Below, one piece after another: positions 30,455 through 32,000 of a stretch of 32,000 nucleotides of DNA. How positions within the stretch are numbered: the stretch's first letter is position 1; the number at the start of each line of letters is the position of its first letter. The DNA comes from Wallemia ichthyophaga EXF-994. Lineage: Eukaryota; Fungi; Basidiomycota. The stretch spans positions 300,001-332,000 of the forward strand of contig NW_008806277.1 of NCBI RefSeq assembly GCF_000400465.1, read 5' to 3'. A program made the translations under genes and the position numbers. Under the pieces are notes generated by a model. The model worked only from the letters and a program-made list of their open reading frames with translations. It searched no databases and was not told the origin of the DNA.

Positions 30455-32000
30455 TCAAGCGACGTACCGGTAAATCATCCGATTTTCAGTACGTTCGAGG
30501 TATTCTCGCTGTTTGTCCCGTTAAAATGTCCTCATTATCTACTCCACACTTACCTCTATCAACGCCTCTATCCGCTTCTTGATCGCTTGCGGCGTGGGGG
30601 CGAACCGCGAGCCTAGCATCTTTGAAGCTTCAATTACTATCTCGTTATGAGATGCTTGTTTCCTTGACTTCATTATCCTCACAACACACGCCTGTTTTAT
30701 TTTTGTCAAATTTTCACTTTCTCACTTTCCACTAATCACACTCACGTCAGTCTGGTGCTTGCGCTCCTCCTCAACCTTTTCATCTGTTTCTTTTCGCTCT
30801 TCGCTCGTCTCTACGCGGTTTGCTATCGTCGCTATCTTGATCTTGGCCAGTGGGGAGCTGAAGTTAAGATTGACGCGGAAGCTATCTGACGCGCGTACCT
30901 CCTTCCCTTTAGGATCCTTCTCTAGCAGTTTATACTTACCGCATGCCAGCGTCTGCAGATTCCGCTTTAGTTCATTCTCGGGTATGTTAGTCGTCGACAG
31001 TATGTCACTGTACTTCAGCCACTTTCCATCCTCGACATCATCAAACAGCAGCAAAACGATGGCGCCGAGAGTCGACACATTCACATCGTATTTCCTCTCT
31101 TGGTACTCCACCTTCATGTCCACGGTCCCCTGCGTCACTTGCCATAGCATCCGTCTACCGCTGTGGCGCTGGAGGTAGAAACGCTCGTACTGCTGCTGCA
31201 TCCTCGTCATTACATCAGGCAGAGTTGCTGTGTTTACCTGTGCCGGCATTGGCCAGTACGAAGCGGTGAGAACATTTACATTCAGTTCGGCCTTGTCGGA
31301 GGGCTGTGAGGTGTATGAGAAGCGTGAAGCACAAGACATAAAGTCATCCCACCTTTTCTTTAATACTCAAGTGATTTTTATACGCTCTCATATTGTCTGC
31401 AGATGTGCGCATGTCTGTGTACAGTCATAGTTAGCATGAGTATCTCGCAAAAACCTCCACCAACCATTGAACATTCCCTCCATCTTTTGCGTAAACTGAA
31501 CTCCACATTCCACTTTCAGCTTGGCCAGCATTCCACGCTCGGCATCGTCAGACACTGACCTGCCCTGAATCAATCTGCGTGCAAGATGTCTCTTATAAAA
31601 CACCTCAAAGACATCCTTGTCAACGAGGAATCTAAACAAAACTATTGTCTGATCGAGCACCTCGTCTGCCTCATCTTCACTCTTTCCCTTGAGACCTTTC
31701 TTGAGGTTATCGTCGATGAAAAGGGAGATGAATTCTGAAGCTTTGGTGTTCATGTTGACAAAGTTTTCAAATCCTTCATTTATATATGTTTGGACATCCT
31801 CGTCGTGTTTAAAAGCCTTCTGCCAGAGATTGTCAAACTTTAGCTTGAGTTGGAGTGTCTGTTTGACCCATTGGAGGGCGAGATTGAGGGTGGAAACGTC
31901 ACTGGATGGAGGCTTCTTCGAGTCGTTTTTGGGTTCGTGTATGAGCGAGAAGACATCCGAGTTGATCGCCTGGCCGCGTCTAATGACGTCTTCTTTGATT
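30455..32000 (-). CDS. CUL3: Cullin-3 (5' part outside window)
   Basis: SEFISLFIDDNLKKGLKGK, DKDVFEVFYKRHLARRLIQGRSVSDDAERGMLAKLKVECG, neddylation-region ACVVRIMKSRK, and terminal REYLERTENRMIYRYVA* (stop 30455-30457). Confidence 0.93.

Noticed and set aside
1-32000. CRISPR arrays, transposases, LTRs, rRNA or snRNA genes
   Set aside because: No regularly spaced direct repeats, no transposase/RT motifs and no U1/U2/U5/U6/5S signature sequences seen.

Overview
Eukaryotic, intron-rich (mostly 44-55 nt introns), extremely compact fungal DNA. It is most consistent with the basidiomycete Wallemia; this is an inference from compactness, intron size and an acidic class I hydrophobin that closely resembles the W. 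ichthyophaga hydrophobins as I recall them. I reconstructed 16 spliced protein genes and one tRNA gene. In order: UTP21 (5'-partial), CK2 beta, RPL6, tRNA-Met(CAT) with a 32-nt intron, an RNI-type LRR PP1-regulator-like gene (Mhp1/PPP1R37-like), a 2.4-kb apparently gene-free interval, a UvrD/Srs2-like helicase, PUF6, a hydrophobin, a Pru-only RPN13, HAP5/NF-YC, ARP10, a GT15 (KRE2/MNT1) mannosyltransferase, XPF/RAD1, an otherwise anonymous 272-aa protein, a DMPK/ROCK-like AGC kinase and CUL3 (5'-partial). No transposon or CRISPR array is evident. Top hunt result: the anonymous protein carries colinear motif blocks resembling the Saw1/SLX4IP family of XPF partners and sits head-to-head with XPF, only 66 bp between start codons, suggesting a co-regulated nuclease/adaptor pair. 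Also notable: a 21-nt in-frame CUL3-to-kinase spacer containing a stop/start-overlapping uORF, stops only 5 nt apart in a convergent pair, a perfect 46-nt spliceosomal-type intron just upstream of the tRNA, strong intergenic hairpins, an 8-nt microexon, frequent AAG acceptors and recurrent 9-nt-period repeats. All homology calls come from motif recognition, not database searches.
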